A stretch of 64,000 nt of DNA, taken from Hydrolagus colliei (lineage: Eukaryota). The notes beneath the pieces were generated by a model that did no database searches, was not told the origin of the DNA, and saw nothing but the letters and a program-made list of their open reading frames with translations. The translations under genes were made by a program, and so were the position numbers. The stretch spans positions 16,244,001 to 16,308,000 of the forward strand of contig CM068748.1 of the NCBI GenBank assembly GCA_035084275.1, given 5' to 3'. Of the stretch, positions 26,966 through 41,300 are shown piece by piece. Numbering within the stretch: position 1 is the first letter of the stretch; each line of letters opens with the position of its first letter.

Positions 26966-27275
26966 TTAATAATAATAATGCTTGCATTTGATATAGCGCT
27001 TTTTACGCCTTCCAGATGTCTTAAAGTGCTTCACAGAAAATACTGTAAAGTGAATTGAATGTATATTTTGTAGGTGAAACACGGCAGCCAATTGTGCACA
27101 GAAGTGTCCCACAAACAATCATGGATTGAGTGAATAAATCATTTTGTTTTCTGGAGGGGTATTATCAGGCGTGTGGAGTAAGTTAACTTGTTCAAGGTTT
27201 CGCACTGCCTGGAATCGAACCCAGGTCTCTTGCTTACCAGAGGAGTGCTCTAACCACTGAGCTACAGAACTCCTA
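26966..27275 (-). mobile_element. Near full-length tRNA-headed DeuSINE (family A)
   Basis: Minus-strand head GTAGCTCAGTGGTTAGAGCAC..GGGTTCGATTCC carries intact Pol III A and B boxes, followed by the shared body and a (tta)n tail. Confidence 0.88.
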
Positions 27276-28445
27276 CATTGGATGATATGAGGAATAGGCA
27301 CAGACAGATGAAAAATATTCCCACAGGGCAATCATTTGTGTGCTGCTGGGCTTGGTTGGAAAGAGGAAGTATCTGTGGAGAGAGGAGGCTGGGGTTGAAT
27401 AGTGATGATGGATGAATAGTTAACACTTTTTGCTCGATTAATTTTGGAAATCAAGGAGCATCTGTGCAGCACTTTTTACCAGGACATAGAATGGGTAGTG
27501 AGATGAAATCCATGATCAAATTAGATTTACGTGGTTTTGGGGAAGGAATGCACTCGATGAACTGAATGCCCTTTACTCATTCTATGTTTTCTTTTGTTTG
27601 TACAATTCTACTAATGCTGCATTTTTGCTGTAGTTTAAGTGTGACAAATGGAAATATAGTTTTATATACCTGGCTTTATGGTATCATCCCAGAAACAAAC
27701 TGTGGAATTTCAGTGATCCCTGGAAGAGTTATAAGCTAGCTTGTGTTTTGCAATTGAGAGTGTCTTTCTGACAACAATATTTCCAGAGGAATGCAGCAGA
27801 AGATATGATGAGACCTACAATCAGGAATGAAGTCACCAGAATAGCTAGTTCATTAAGATGATTTTCTTGCTCAGCACTGCATGGAAACAAATCAAGCTGC
27901 TATTAACATCTGCAACATACTTTTGTTATCACTTATGGGACTGTAAGGCAAGTGAGCAATTATAAAAGACAGCAAATTCTAACGCTTAAGCACCTTTGGC
28001 TGTTTAATGTCATCCGCTGAAACAATGACAGGATTTCCCACATAAAGTACTGGTTTTGTGTATGTATGAGTGCGTGTGCACCTCTCTCCCTCTCACTCAT
28101 TGTCTGCAGGAGAAGTGGGCTAATTTCTGGTTTTGTTGAGTTTAAATGTGGATGGCAAATTATGCAAGACATATGTACGCTTCTGAAAACAAAGGGAAAA
28201 ACAAGGTCTGGGTTTGATTCCTGATATTCTGCTGATGTGTTTCATCCCATATTATTCTTTTGCCTCCACTCATCATGAATTGTGGATGCTATCCAAAAGC
28301 TGTTCCAGGTATCGATTCTTCACATGTGTGCTTTGATAGTAATTTTCAACAGATTATTTATACATCATCACAGCAGACTCTAAACCTAATGTCCAAACTA
28401 CCTAAACTCAATACAATGATTCATTATTATTATTACCAATACTAC

Positions 28446-28690
28446 TAATAATAATCCTTGCATTTGATATAGCTCCTCTCTCATTGGGAGGACATCTCAA
28501 AGCACTTTACAGGATTTCCTGTGAAGTGTAGTAACTGTATTGTGTATATGAGCACATCAGTCAATTTTGCACCCAATACTGTCCTACAAACCGCCATGAA
28601 ATTAATAGAAAATTTTATCTGTTGGCCAGGACACTGGGAAAAACTAAATTTTTGTTTTCAAATAGAGGCATGAGATTGTGAGTTCTAAAT
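28446..28690 (-). mobile_element. SacSINE/DeuSINE-type fragment
   Basis: taataataatccttgcatttgatatagc..ttggccaggacactgggaaaaact. Confidence 0.7.
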
Positions 28691-31600
28691 TCCATGGTAC
28701 AGTAGGAATATTTGGCGAACATTTGATTCAAAGCAAGATACAAAGTTATACAATGGATGAGCCAGTTTTGATAATGTTGGAATCTGGCAGTAATGAAGCA
28801 TGAACCTGCAGTTTGCTTGAACACAGCTATTGTCTCATATAAGATATTAAACCTTTGCTTTCTGACAATTAGTTGCACCCCTTTCACAAGGAACCCACTG
28901 CAGTGTTTTTCTGAAGGCATTTCTATATTAGAAATGTGACAAGAACAGTTATGATGGGAATCCCTCAACTGTGTCACATCATGTGACAGGGCGGTGATAC
29001 AGGAGCATTTGTGTTCAAGCGACACTGGTAAATGACATAATCTCTAATATGTTATAATAAACTAAACGATCTTTGTAGTACACTATCTTGTCTCTTAGAT
29101 TCCGACCATTACAAAACTTCTAAAGAATTGCATAAATTTAGAATCCTGGTATTGGAGGGAAAATCAATGCACACTGAAATCATACTTACTAAATATAGCA
29201 TGGGGAAGGTTTTACTACCCTATTATGTGAAAAAGAAAGGATTTCATGGTATTTGCTCTTATATCAACACCATACTCCAACTACATAATTGCCAGCACAT
29301 TTTTAACAAGTTCAGACTTCTACTTTATCCATCAAATTAGAGATTAGTAGATCAAGGGCAGGAAAAGAGGCAGCAATAAGAACAACTATAAGTGTTATAT
29401 GTGGGTGGCAAAGCTGCTTTATCTTGCGCAAATCATCCTTAGCAACTGTGATGGAAAGAGTGCAAAGTGAAACGTATAAACACTTGCATGTGATCACTAT
29501 CTCTGTACTGTCTGCCGCACACATAGCTACTTTATCAGGTGATCAGAGAGATAATGTTCAGTCACCTCGGGCAATTGCATTGATTAAAGAGAAGTTTTGC
29601 TAATGAATGGGTTATTATGAGCGAGCAAAATGTCTGGATAAACTGATACCTCGCTACTGGTAAACTTTCTCCACAAGTCAGCATCAAAGCCGTCACAGTT
29701 CTTGACAGAGTGGGAAGAAATACAGATCACTGAGAGTGCGTTATTGTAGGGAAGTGCAAGTTCACCAAATTATATTTATCTGGGCCATCAACATTTTTTT
29801 TAAACAAAGATTTTTTTAAATAAAGAAAAGAGCATTAATGTATTCTCCTATGCCTTGGTTGTAACTAGCAGGGACTCAGTGCAATTGGGATCAAAAGGCA
29901 TTATGACATTGCCTCTTATTTTCTCATTTATTCATCTCATATGCTGGTGTGGCAGCATGTGTTCCCATCAGTGTTTTCTGAACCTCAAAAGCACAAAACC
30001 TCAAGCCCCTAATGTATTGAAATCAGTGCTGACCTGCCATTTACACTACCAGAGCACCAGACGCTATAGCTGCTTGTCATCCTGCCTATTAACTTGACGT
30101 CTTTATTCACAGGCCATCTGCAACAGTGAGAGATTTAACTAATGTCTTCCATACAACAAGGTGGCAAAAGACAGAGCGCAGTGTACTGTCGACCTTTGGG
30201 ATTCTCAAAGATCCTAACTACCAGACATGAAAATCAATCCTCACTACTGGCATTAATTAAAATAAACTAAAGGGCAGAATAAGATAAAATGTACATTCTG
30301 TCATGTTGAAGGTTTCTGAAGAACCTTACAAGCATTTTGCTCTGTATTATTAAGCTCTGGTTTAACTGGAATTCTTGATTTTGTACTGTTTTGTTGTTAG
30401 TCTCATTGAATCTTTCCATAGGTGTTTGAAACCCCACGTGTTACAATTTTATAAAATAAAAAAACGACAATTTTTTCCCCTATTCTCCCCTAAATGTGCT
30501 GACTCTTTACTGGGTCTTTATTGGATATGCACTGTCGTCTCCTATGGAACTCAAATGACGTGAACCACAGAAATATATGTAATTCAAGCACAAAATGTCT
30601 GCCAGTATCCCAGTACAGTGTAACACAGGTGGAATGGTGGGGGAAATTTGTACCCATGGCTACTATATATACACACACAGTCTGTTATGTTCTCAAAAGC
30701 TCCTTCTCTCATTTTGTCAGTGCTCCAAAATACAGGACTCATCATCAATAATCCACTGTGCCAAATACTGGTGAAACTCAGGCTTTTTCTTGTGAATCTT
30801 CACCAATCATTTAACAGGATTCCTTGTTGAAACCTGTTTAATGGAATGAAGGCAAGGCACTGCATATCAGGGAGTGAGGGTAACAGAGAGATAGCACAAG
30901 GGAAAATCAACTGAAAAGGTACAAGATTAACAACAAGTAACTTTTATCTGCAGTGTATTCCACTCTAAACTTACATTATGTTCTCTAGTCAAAATTACTT
31001 ATATCAAAGCTCTGTTTTTGGTCTATTAAGAGGATAAATGCAAGAGTATATCTGTACTCATTGCCTTCACTCCAGAAGAATACTTCAGCTGTGATCTTCT
31101 CATAACAATGCATCTCATCTTTCAAATCGCACAATCCTACAATTTACAGTGGTTCCTATTATGTGTACAATCTACAGCTAAAGGTAACACAGTGTGACAT
31201 GGATTTTTAGACCAATTCAAAGACATTTTTTTGGTCTGGCATTTCATTGTTAGTCATTTAAAAGATTTCTGGGCAAACATCATCCCACCTTGTTCATTTC
31301 CATTCTCGGTGATGCTTTGGAGCTAACAAAGGATTATATTGTGATCCACCATGTCTTAGAAAGAAGTATTTATAGAGCAAATTTCATCCACTACAGCTAA
31401 TATAGTTAACCTTGGCGTCACCTATCCACTACTTCTTGACTAATCCAATTTTCCTTTTTATTCTTTACAACCTTGGTGGTGTCCTCTCTGTGGGGCTTGG
31501 CCTTTCACCTCTATTTGTCAATAAACACAACTCCAACTAATACATTAAATAGGATTTCTTTATGTCAAATGGATAGGTAACTGTTAATACAATCAATGGA

Positions 31601-34600
31601 GTACACAACTAAAGAGTTGTTCAAAGCAGGTCAACATCGGGTCTTATTTTAATGACAGATTGGAAGAATTTAGAAACATCTGAAAAAGGTCTGTAAGAAT
31701 TCCAGTGGTAATCTTCAAAGTTTTTACAAGATTTAGAAAAACATGTGAAAATAGACCAAGGAAAAAAACCACAAGAAATATATTCACTTCTAAAGACAAA
31801 GAGAGATTTAATGTACCTTCCATGATTAGTTGTATCTGGCAGCTACACACACAAAATGACCAATATTTCTAATGTTTGGACGCCACACACGTTGAAGCAT
31901 TAACTGCAAGATCTGGTCACCTTGGCATTATGAAGAATAATGTACCCAAAATGGACAACTTTAACAATGGCCAAATTCATATATGAAACCAAGTAGGTAA
32001 ATTCAGGATTATACTACTATATTACTAGTATATCTTGTAATTTTACGGTAAATAATTGCGGGGCGCTATAACTTTGATATAAACAGGTATATCATATTGC
32101 ACCACTGATAATTTCTATAATTATCTACACTTTCCGATCATCAGGTATTATAAAGCAGCCCACAAGAGCAAATCGTGATCCATTCTTGAGCATTTATTTA
32201 TTTTGTAAATGTAACTGGCGATCTAAAATTTTACTTCATATCTGGTTTGAAATCCAGAAAATGAATCCAAGAGGCAGATGAACAGAAGAACAGAGCTCAC
32301 AATTTTTTTTTTTCCAACAGACCAGGTCGATTTAATCTTTAATAAAGTCAACAAACAAGGCTCGCAGTTTGTGATCATCCAATAATGTGGGAAGGCTCAA
32401 GGAAATTGTGAACAATTAATACCATTGAAATTGCTGCATTTCAGAAATCTATTTAAACACTTCAATCATACTTTTTGGTTTCCTAAACAAAGTTTCCTAA
32501 ACAGTGCAACTTTTAACATACCCTTACAATCCGCCAATCCTGTCTAAAACAGTTTGTAAGGTAGCCTGCCACAAACATACCAATTTGTTCAATTTTTTTC
32601 ATGTGTCATCAACATGCTGAAATGTGTCTGGAAGAGAAAATGTAAATTTCATTCCTGAAGTGATAATTTTAGCAAATGGCTGTGATGCTAAGTTACAAAC
32701 ATATAAGGCAATTGAAGGAAGTATCCCCACAAGTTATCCTTATTTTTTAACTAAACACAAAGGAATACTTGAAAATTTGTACACATGACTCCGATTGCAG
32801 GTTAGAAAACTACATTAGGATATGGCGCCTCAAGAAATTAGTTGAAGTAATCATTCTGGTAAATATTCAGTATTTAGTAGCACAGTAAACATTTGTCTCA
32901 ATAAATAAACACAGGAAGATCTAAATACTAGATTTAACCCATCTTTGCACTGTATTATTTACTACATTCCTTTCAGCTTCAATGATAGCAAATGAGCTCT
33001 TGTTTTCCAATGTACTATCCTCCAGGTGAATGGCTTTTATGTAAATGTTTCTGAATTACTGAACCTATATTTATTTAAAAATATTATACTCTTTGGGTAT
33101 ATTTACAGTAATGGTGAACATTCTATCTTATTCTGGTAGAATAATTGATTGTCACACACTACAACTGAAGGGCAACAATCTAAGGCCTGAAAGAAAGCTT
33201 TCATAGAATGGAGTTTAAAATGCTTGTCCTGGTCTTAAAATCCATTCATACCTATCTTTGCAATCTTTTATTGCCCTGTATTTCAGCCCACTCTTCCATT
33301 TCTAGTGTGTTGTCCGCTCCTTACTCTCCATTTATTGGTTGTCAAGACTTCAGTGACCGCACCACAGTCCTTTGAAACTTACCTTACTACCTCATTCCCA
33401 GCGAGAAATGCATGTCCCACAATGTTGCCTGTGTTATGTTCTCCTCTCCCAATGTAAGGGGATTGTGGAGGTTTGATCAAATGGTTGGTAAACTAAGAGA
33501 ACAGGCTGAATAATTTGAATGGAATATTAAGAATTATCTTCCTGAAGACTATCCATTATTTTCTATTTGTAGAGATCATTATTACTAAATACACTCACTT
33601 TCGCATATATCTCAGAACCATCTTGTTCGAGTTACAAAATCATGTGCTCTGTACCTAAATGTCTCCAACAACATGATAAAGTGCAATATCAAATTCAAAA
33701 CTTATTATTATTAAAAGGAGAATGGCATTTTTGTAAAAATGGGCAATTAGTTCTCGATTATGCAACAATTGCTTTGCTTGTAATCCTCCCCTCCCCCTAT
33801 GTGCAAACTGATTTATTTTGAGATACCTATAATGAGTCGACTTTCAATCTGCAAATGAACATCCCTGATTAGAATAAAAACATGCATATGTCATATGACT
33901 AATTCCCTGCAGTCTTGAAAAAGATAGATGGCAAGTTAGTTCTTTGCTGATGCTATGTAAGGAAACCAATCACACAGTAATCAAGGAAAGGGTATGAGCA
34001 CCAAACAAAATTTTGCGTCTGATGTGTTCCAGCTGAGTGGGTAGACTGAGCAGTGAATGTGCAATGTAGAGAGGAAGGTGGGATTTGAAGAGTTCTTCAC
34101 ACATATTCGAAAGGTGGATTAAGGTGCGTTGCTGTTCACCCATAAAAGCTGATGCAGATGCAGTGTACTCTGTATTGGTGTGGCCAATTCTGTCAATCCT
34201 TACTAATGGCAACCTTCAAATTTGCAAAGCTAAAAAAAAAGAACAAAGACTCTCGTCATAATAGTTGAGAGCATATTCTCCTTTTCCAAGTGATTAATAG
34301 TTCCTCTCATTTCATTACAGCTTCTGTAAAAGTAAAACACCTGCAGTTATAAGCTCCTTTCAGCTCATTCCCATGATGCATTTTATGCCTGATCACAGCA
34401 CGAAGGTCAAATACCACATCTGGAAACCTTCTCATCATCTCCTCTTGTGGAGGCAGTCAAGTGTAGGTTGTCAGTTCCACCTGTTCTGACAGGTTTAACC
34501 TGCCTGACCTGCAGCTAGCCCTCGGGGACATTAATTATAGAAAAGCCCGAGATGTTGGAAAACAAGGCCAAGCTGGATGTTGTTACAGTCCTTGTCACCT

Positions 34601-35407
34601 ACTAATCACGTCCTGTGACATAGGGCTTTGGATAGTCAGACTTCTCATTAATCATCTGGCCTTAAACTTAAACGCTTTTTCTGCTAGATTAAAGCTCCAG
34701 ACCATTTCTGTCCACTCCACCTGGCATTTAGAGCCTAATAAGTTCTCCGCTCTATAATTTAAGTCCCCTTGAGGCTTGTAAAACCTATTCATTTACAATG
34801 GCCTTGGTTCGCAATAGCTTGCTGACTCAGATACTCTGAAATTCTGCAAATAAAACTGTTCAGTAACTTCAAAGAAAGTGACTGATAGAATCATTCTTAT
34901 ATTGTAACTCATTTTGAAAGCAAATTCAATATGTTGTTTACTTTGGTAGTGCAGAGCAATTATGGGAAACAAGTTTAATATTTGCACTTAAAACCATGAA
35001 GCACAAATATTTCAACAGCAACTAAATCATCTGTCATCCTGTCAAGACGAAAGCCAAAGCTTTCAACAACTGAGTCCAGACTGGTACCTGCCAGAACTTG
35101 ACCTACCAGCTAGGGACAAAACAAGTTAAAGCACCAGTTTAAACCTTCCTATCGACTCCAGCTTTGCCAGGTTAGTAAGCAATAAGTATTCACTAAATGC
35201 ATCTGAACAGGCCCACAACAATATCTGTCTTGCTGCACAAAGACCAGCGAAGGGCTACTTTTTCTGTTGGCTGTATTTATTTCTATTCACAGATCCTCTG
35301 TTGCTGGCCTGGACTGACAGTGGGTGGAAATGCTATCTTTCATTACACAAAGTATAAATAGTGTAATCTATCAACACTGTCAATCAAGATGATTGATTAC
35401 ATGCTGT

Positions 35408-35619
35408 NNNNNNNNNNNNNNNNNNNNNNNNNNNNNNNNNNNNNNNNNNNNNNNNNNNNNNNNNNNNNNNNNNNNNNNNNNNNNNNNNNNNNNNNNNNNN
35501 NNNNNNNNNNNNNNNNNNNNNNNNNNNNNNNNNNNNNNNNNNNNNNNNNNNNNNNNNNNNNNNNNNNNNNNNNNNNNNNNNNNNNNNNNNNNNNNNNNNN
35601 NNNNNNNNNNNNNNNNNNN
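35408..35619. other. Assembly gap (212 N)
   Basis: Run of N. Confidence 1.
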
Positions 35620-36534
35620 CAAGTCTGACAGGCCCAAACCACAATGAGTCTTTGTGTAAGCACATACTCAATGAGGGACTTTCAGTTTTCTCTTTCTTTT
35701 TTTGTAGTAGACTGCAAAAGAAGCAACTATTCTTTCAACTACACATAATAAAGCAACACTATGAACTGTGAACTCCCTCCTACCAAATTCAGGGAGAAAA
35801 AACATTTTACACGAAGCTGTTCAGAATCCAATGCCCTGGATCTGTCAGATGAGCAAATACCTTCAAAGGGTTTGAGGTGTGATAGAAAGCGGCAAAAGCA
35901 TTAGCGCAGAGGCAATGGTTGCAGATAGTACTGCTCTCTGTCAACAATACCCTCAGGCAAAATGTACCACAAACATTAACAGAGTAATTTAATATGGAGA
36001 CTGCTGGCATTCCAAAGTTGAAAGTTCCTGTTAGGTTTATGAGCAGCTGGAACTTTCCAGATCATGCACGAAAGATGGAGTTACAGTCTGCGGCTCGCAG
36101 GCCAAGACGGACTGAACGTAATGAAGTGAGAAGTGCTAGCACCATTGCATTGCCGACAGTTCAATGATTTTACATACAGACAGGACCTCCAAGAATGCAG
36201 GTTAAAAATATAAGCTAACAAAAGACATTCAAAATTTCAAACCTTATAAAATATTTCCTACTGTGTTCAATGAACAGGCACGTGTAGAATATAACTTGTT
36301 TGGATCATTGGCAATTTTAGGTGCCTTTCAATAAAGGCTGCAAAAGAGTGGATAGATTATTTATTATGTTGTGCTTAATTCAGAGGGATGTAAGGTTCCA
36401 AACAAAACCACGGTTTACGATTGAATAGATCTGACCGCAAAGAATGTCGCAGGGATGTAGCCCGATAATGTTCTGTGCTTGGGCTTTCTGTCTGTTATCC
36501 AGCTGCCAGAGTTGTCCAGAAATGCCACTTTAAT

Positions 36535-37245
36535 ACAATAATGATACTGTACTTGCTTTTTATATAGAGCTCTAACACATGGTTGAAATGTCTCAAAGTC
36601 CTTCACAGAACTTTTACTGTAAAGTGTAGGTACTGTGTAATTGTAGGACCTAGCAAACTAGCCAGCTGATTGTTGGCCAAGACCTTTGCACACATTTTGC
36701 GTTGTGATATGGAATGTGTACAGGCAGACAAGACCTCACCTCAATTGAACAATTTATAAAATAAATAAATAATAATCCTTGCATTTGATACAACGCTTTT
36801 CAGGTCTAGGCATCCCAAAGTGCTTCACTGAATATACTGTGATGTGAATTGACTGTTAGTTTGTGGGCAAAGTGCAGCAGCCAATTGAGCACAGCAGTGT
36901 CTTACAAACAGTCGTAGACTGAAGTGACCAATTTATTATTGGGTTTTTTCTTGAGGGATTATTATTGAGGTATGCAGAGTAAGAAAACTTGCCCAAAGTT
37001 TTGCCTTGCTGGGAATCAAACCCAAGTTTCACGCTTGCAAGGTAAGTGTTCTAACCACTGAGCTACAAGAACTCCACCACTAAGCTGCAGGACTCCACAA
37101 TGGGACCTCTGACAATGCAGCATTCCCCAGCATTGAGTTTCAGCCTTAGATTATGAGTAATGAGTTCAAAGTTTTGGTAGGAGGCTAGAACCTGCAACCT
37201 TCTGATTTAGAGGCAAGCATGCTAATAACTGAGCCAAGTTGACTC
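36535..37245 (-). mobile_element. Nested SINEs: family A copy (about 36764-37100) inside an older SacSINE-type element (36535-36755 and 37100-37245)
   Basis: The inner copy has a tRNA head and (tta) tail. The outer pieces (..caggcagacaagacctc..aattgaac / gggacctctgacaatgcagcattccc..aactgagcc) are colinear with the uninterrupted 56952-57355 copy. Confidence 0.8.
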
Positions 37246-37656
37246 ATAGCTTCTACATGAATCACACAACAGCTACTTGGACACAATGTTTGTAATTATT
37301 AAAGAGTATAGGTAATGCCCATTGTGCTATCTTTTAAACATTTCTGTATGTCTTACTCTTACCTGCCATTTAAGCCTTTCAACTTTGGTAATGTTGATGA
37401 AAAAAATGTTTGGATGTGTTGAAACTCTAAAAACTAAGTACTGCATAACCAATATTCATAGCGTCTTTACAGGAGAAACTATTCTAACTGTAAAGAAGCA
37501 ACCCTTTCCAGTAAAACATGCTCCCTCAGCTAATACTATTTCAATCCTGACCCAAGGTTGCCATGCTGTAATCCCTCCCTCTTCCTATTCATAGGAACAC
37601 AGCAATGTACACAACATTGCTGGAAAATCCATTTAGCTGATCTGAAATGTGAGCAT

Positions 37657-37742
37657 GTATATATAATCTCTCTCTCTCACTATATATATGTATATATATA
37701 TTTACACATTACTCTGTGTGTGTATATAGATGTGTGTATATA
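37657..37742. repeat. Compound (TA)/(TC)/(TG) microsatellite
   Basis: Directly visible dinucleotide runs. Confidence 0.75.
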
Positions 37743-37959
37743 AAATAAATAAAACACTATTTTCAGTCACATTCCTCAAACCAATTTATTCACTGAATAA
37801 TTCTTATTCCCTCTCTATTTCATGAATTGACCACACAATTCCTTCAATATATTTATCTCTGAATCTAATAACACTGAATCTTTCCAGTGAACACTATATT
37901 TTTGCTGTATATATCACTAGTCTAGAGAACCTCAGAAACGGAAGAAAACAAAGAAAATG

Positions 37960-38460
37960 TAAGCTGCAAAAGTCATACTCAAGCAGTACCGTGCTTTGGG
38001 CAGGCCACACCTACAATGTGTACTGTATTTAGGTCTTGTTGCTCTGACTTATGGTGGCTATCCAGATCCTAGAGGCAGTACAGAGGAGAGCCACAAGCAT
38101 AATTACCAGGGTCAGTGGAATTAGTTATGATCGACAATTAGCTAAGCTAGAGATCTACAGTCTTCTAAGGAGATGTTTTAAAGAGAATCGTATAGAGTTA
38201 TATAAGATTTTAAGTGGGGCAGAGAAAGTGAACCCAAATGTCAGAACATAAGTGTAGAGTTGCAAAGGCTAATTTCAGGACAGACTACAGGAAATGTTTC
38301 TTTACCCAGAGAGTAATTAACAACTGGAACAGGTGATTGAACCAAGACGCTGTACTCGTTTAAAAAACAGCAAAATGCTTTGATCGGAGGATCATAGGGT
38401 GGGTATTTTGGAAGGGTAAGATCAAATGGACTTCTTCATCCAAACCTCTCTTTGTGATCT
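37960..38460 (+). mobile_element. CR1 LINE 3' fragment (ORF2 C-terminus)
   Basis: ORF 38051..38251 LEAVQRRAT..I..SY..L..L..YSL.RR...IELYKIL.G is the CR1 ORF2 C-terminal signature, followed by ttctttacccagagagtaattaacaactggaac. Confidence 0.85.
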
Positions 38461-41130
38461 TACGAAAACAGATTGGGGAGTGAACCTGGGACACTTTAGA
38501 TCTCTTTGGCTCTGATAGATTTATTAGCTGAGGGGTCAGAGGGACTTTAGAACACTCATTTAAACTCTCTTGAAGATCTTTAGAATGGTCCTACAACATT
38601 TATGTTGAAATTTACCTTCACAAAAGTTACCAGTTCTCTACAAGTTCATTTTCGTCACATTGGCTAACCTGCCTCTATAATGAACAGAGTAAATAACACA
38701 CAAAGGCATCAAAGTTCAGCAACTGTTATGCTGGACACAATAATCTTTTGCCATGGTTATTGCCCACAGAATAAACTCATTATGCAATCTAGTCTTAAAA
38801 ATAATAAACTTTAGAAATGAATTAACTTCAACATACACAACAGGATTAAAGGTTTACTGGAAAAATACAGCAGTCAGACTTGCCTAGCTCACTCACTTTT
38901 CAATCTGTGAGTTATGCATTTGATGTTTGTTTCCCCAATACCACATCCTGTTACCAACTTTCTGTGTAACATGCTGCCAAGTATCCATTACATCTGTTTT
39001 ATATGCCAATTCAAGGTTTGAATGTACTGAAATTGAGCAACTGTTTCTGGCATTCCAGGTATTTATTCGTCAATCTTTTACTTTTGATTTACAAATAGTA
39101 TTGATGCTATTTTGCTTTTCTCTTTGAGTAACCAGTTCTATTGACTGTCTCAAATTGTTAGAAGTTCTGAAATACACTTAAGGTTTTACAAGATGCAGTA
39201 ACAATTTAGCAACCTCTTTTTTAATATAACGCATCCTGGTGAAACCTAATCAGGACAGTGTCATAATAAAATATAAAGGCTGACATGGTAAAAGGTCTTG
39301 TTGTAAATCATATAAGGAGTGAATTTATTCACTCCTTTGTTAAGGCTGGGATGTACCGCATTTTAAACCTCTGGTGGTTTGTTGGCGTGAAACTTCAGAG
39401 CTTTATGTATACACAGCAATAAGTCAATAGTAAGCTATTTTAAAATAACTACAATACTGTATTTACAAGTCAAGCTCACAGAGGAAATAGCACATGTACT
39501 GTGCAATATTTTGCTGAATTATTAAATACTCTGCTTTAACAAAGGGCAAATTAATCAATCACAGTTACAATAGGGGAAATAAAAGACTGGGATTCTTTCA
39601 CAGGAAGCAAATGCAACATCTGTTACTGTGCTTACAATACAACTTTTAATCCAGAATGAATCTAACCTAAAACAGCATCACATAGTGTGTGCATTGCACC
39701 ACAGGGAAGCATAGTCTTGTCACAGTGTTACCTTCTCTATTGGAACTATGTGCTCTCATCCCAAAGAATCATAGGACGGACAACTAATGCAAACTTGTTC
39801 AATTGTACAGATACAGCAGAGTATACTCAGCACTAGGGTAGGAGAGCATGGAACAAAACAAGCAAAATCAATCCAGGTGCAAAAGATCCAATCTCAGAAT
39901 CAGTTCCTACTATTAGTAGCAGGTTGTAATGATGTAACAACAACAATTTACATTTATATAGCATCTGTCACATAGGGATCATGTCTCAAAGTGCTTTAAA
40001 AAGATAAGAGTGAGAACCTGAGGTAAAGAAGGTTAGTCATCTAAGGTACAGTCAGATTTTTTTTTGACAGGTTTTAAAAGAGAGGAAGCGGGTGAGTTAA
40101 AGGGATTTCTAAACAAAATCCAGGGGGTGGGAGGCAAAGTAACTAGAAGATGGCCTATAAGAGTCAGAAAGGTAACAATCTGCGTATTAATTACCAAACA
40201 AGATTTTACAAAGTTAAATTCACCAGAATGAGTTGATCCGTTGAGTCATCTGAGCAAATTTATATGGAAAACATCAATATATGTGCCAAGCTGAATTTAG
40301 AAGATTTCAGATTGAAACAACCATGGAGCAGGTTTCCAAAGTCAACTTGTATCAAACTCATATATGCCAATTTCTCTGCAGTTTCTCATAATGATTAAAT
40401 GTCTACATGAAAGTATTCAACCTTGGGAGTACACAGTAGTAGGGGATTCCATGCTGGCAGGCAGACACAGGGTGCTGCAAATTCTGTGTAATATAATCTT
40501 AACATAGACCTGTCAAGCCTCAATCATTGAGGTTTAAAAATATAGTCTATTTTGTGCTGCAAAATAAACTGAGCACGGTATGTTTAAAAGGGGTATGCGA
40601 TCTGCCTTGTATATTTGTATCATAAATCTCATTCCCTCAAAGGGCTACTCCTTGACGTGTCAGTGAATACCAGTAAAGGAAACTTGTGTTGGTGTGCGGA
40701 GCAAACACTGGAGGCACATATCAAACACTAATCTGTCTGAATGGCTATGATTCTTAGTACTGTATCAAGTAGAACATAAAGATTACAACTTAACTGAACT
40801 ATGTTTTTTTTTAAAAAACGTTTCTCAAACATGCTGGATATGCAACGCTTGCAGTGAATGAAGCTTAAGTTCATGTGCTACGGAGTCACTACATGCCTCA
40901 TTATTGTTTACGAAAAGCAAACTGTTCAAAATTACTTCTGAAGCACTTTTTAAATTATAACTACAGTAAATGGATATATGCTATATGTTATTTCTAAACC
41001 TAATACAGTAATATTTGAAGGATTTATATAGCCAGCAGTATAGTACAACAACAACTTTGATTTATATAGTGCCCTCCACGCCGGACGGCGTCTCAGAGTG
41101 CTTTTCACACAGTAGTGTGAAGCCTACTAA

Positions 41131-41300
41131 TTGTGGAGTCCTCTAGCTCAGTCCTGTACTTCAGTGATTAGAGCACTCACCTTACAAGCAAGAGACCTGG
41201 ATTTAATTCCAGGCAGGGTGAAACCTTGGGCAAGTTTCCTTACTCCAAGTGCTTAATAATAATCCCTCAAAAAGATAATAATTTGGTCACTTCAATCCAC
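41131..41300 (+). mobile_element. Family A SINE 5' half, next to an opposite-strand L2-type tail (41045-41110)
   Basis: tagagcactcaccttacaagcaagagacctggatttaattccaggcagggtgaaaccttgggcaagtttccttactcc. Confidence 0.8.

Noticed and set aside
27195-27272. Apparent tRNA gene on the minus strand
   Set aside because: The A and B boxes are good, but the acceptor stem is poor and the sequence runs straight into a SINE body repeated elsewhere in the window; it is a SINE head.
35380-35671. ORFs spanning the N run
   Set aside because: Artefacts of the assembly gap.
34300-36130. Possible old LINE remnant around the gap
   Set aside because: The composition hints at it, but no RT or endonuclease motif could be read.
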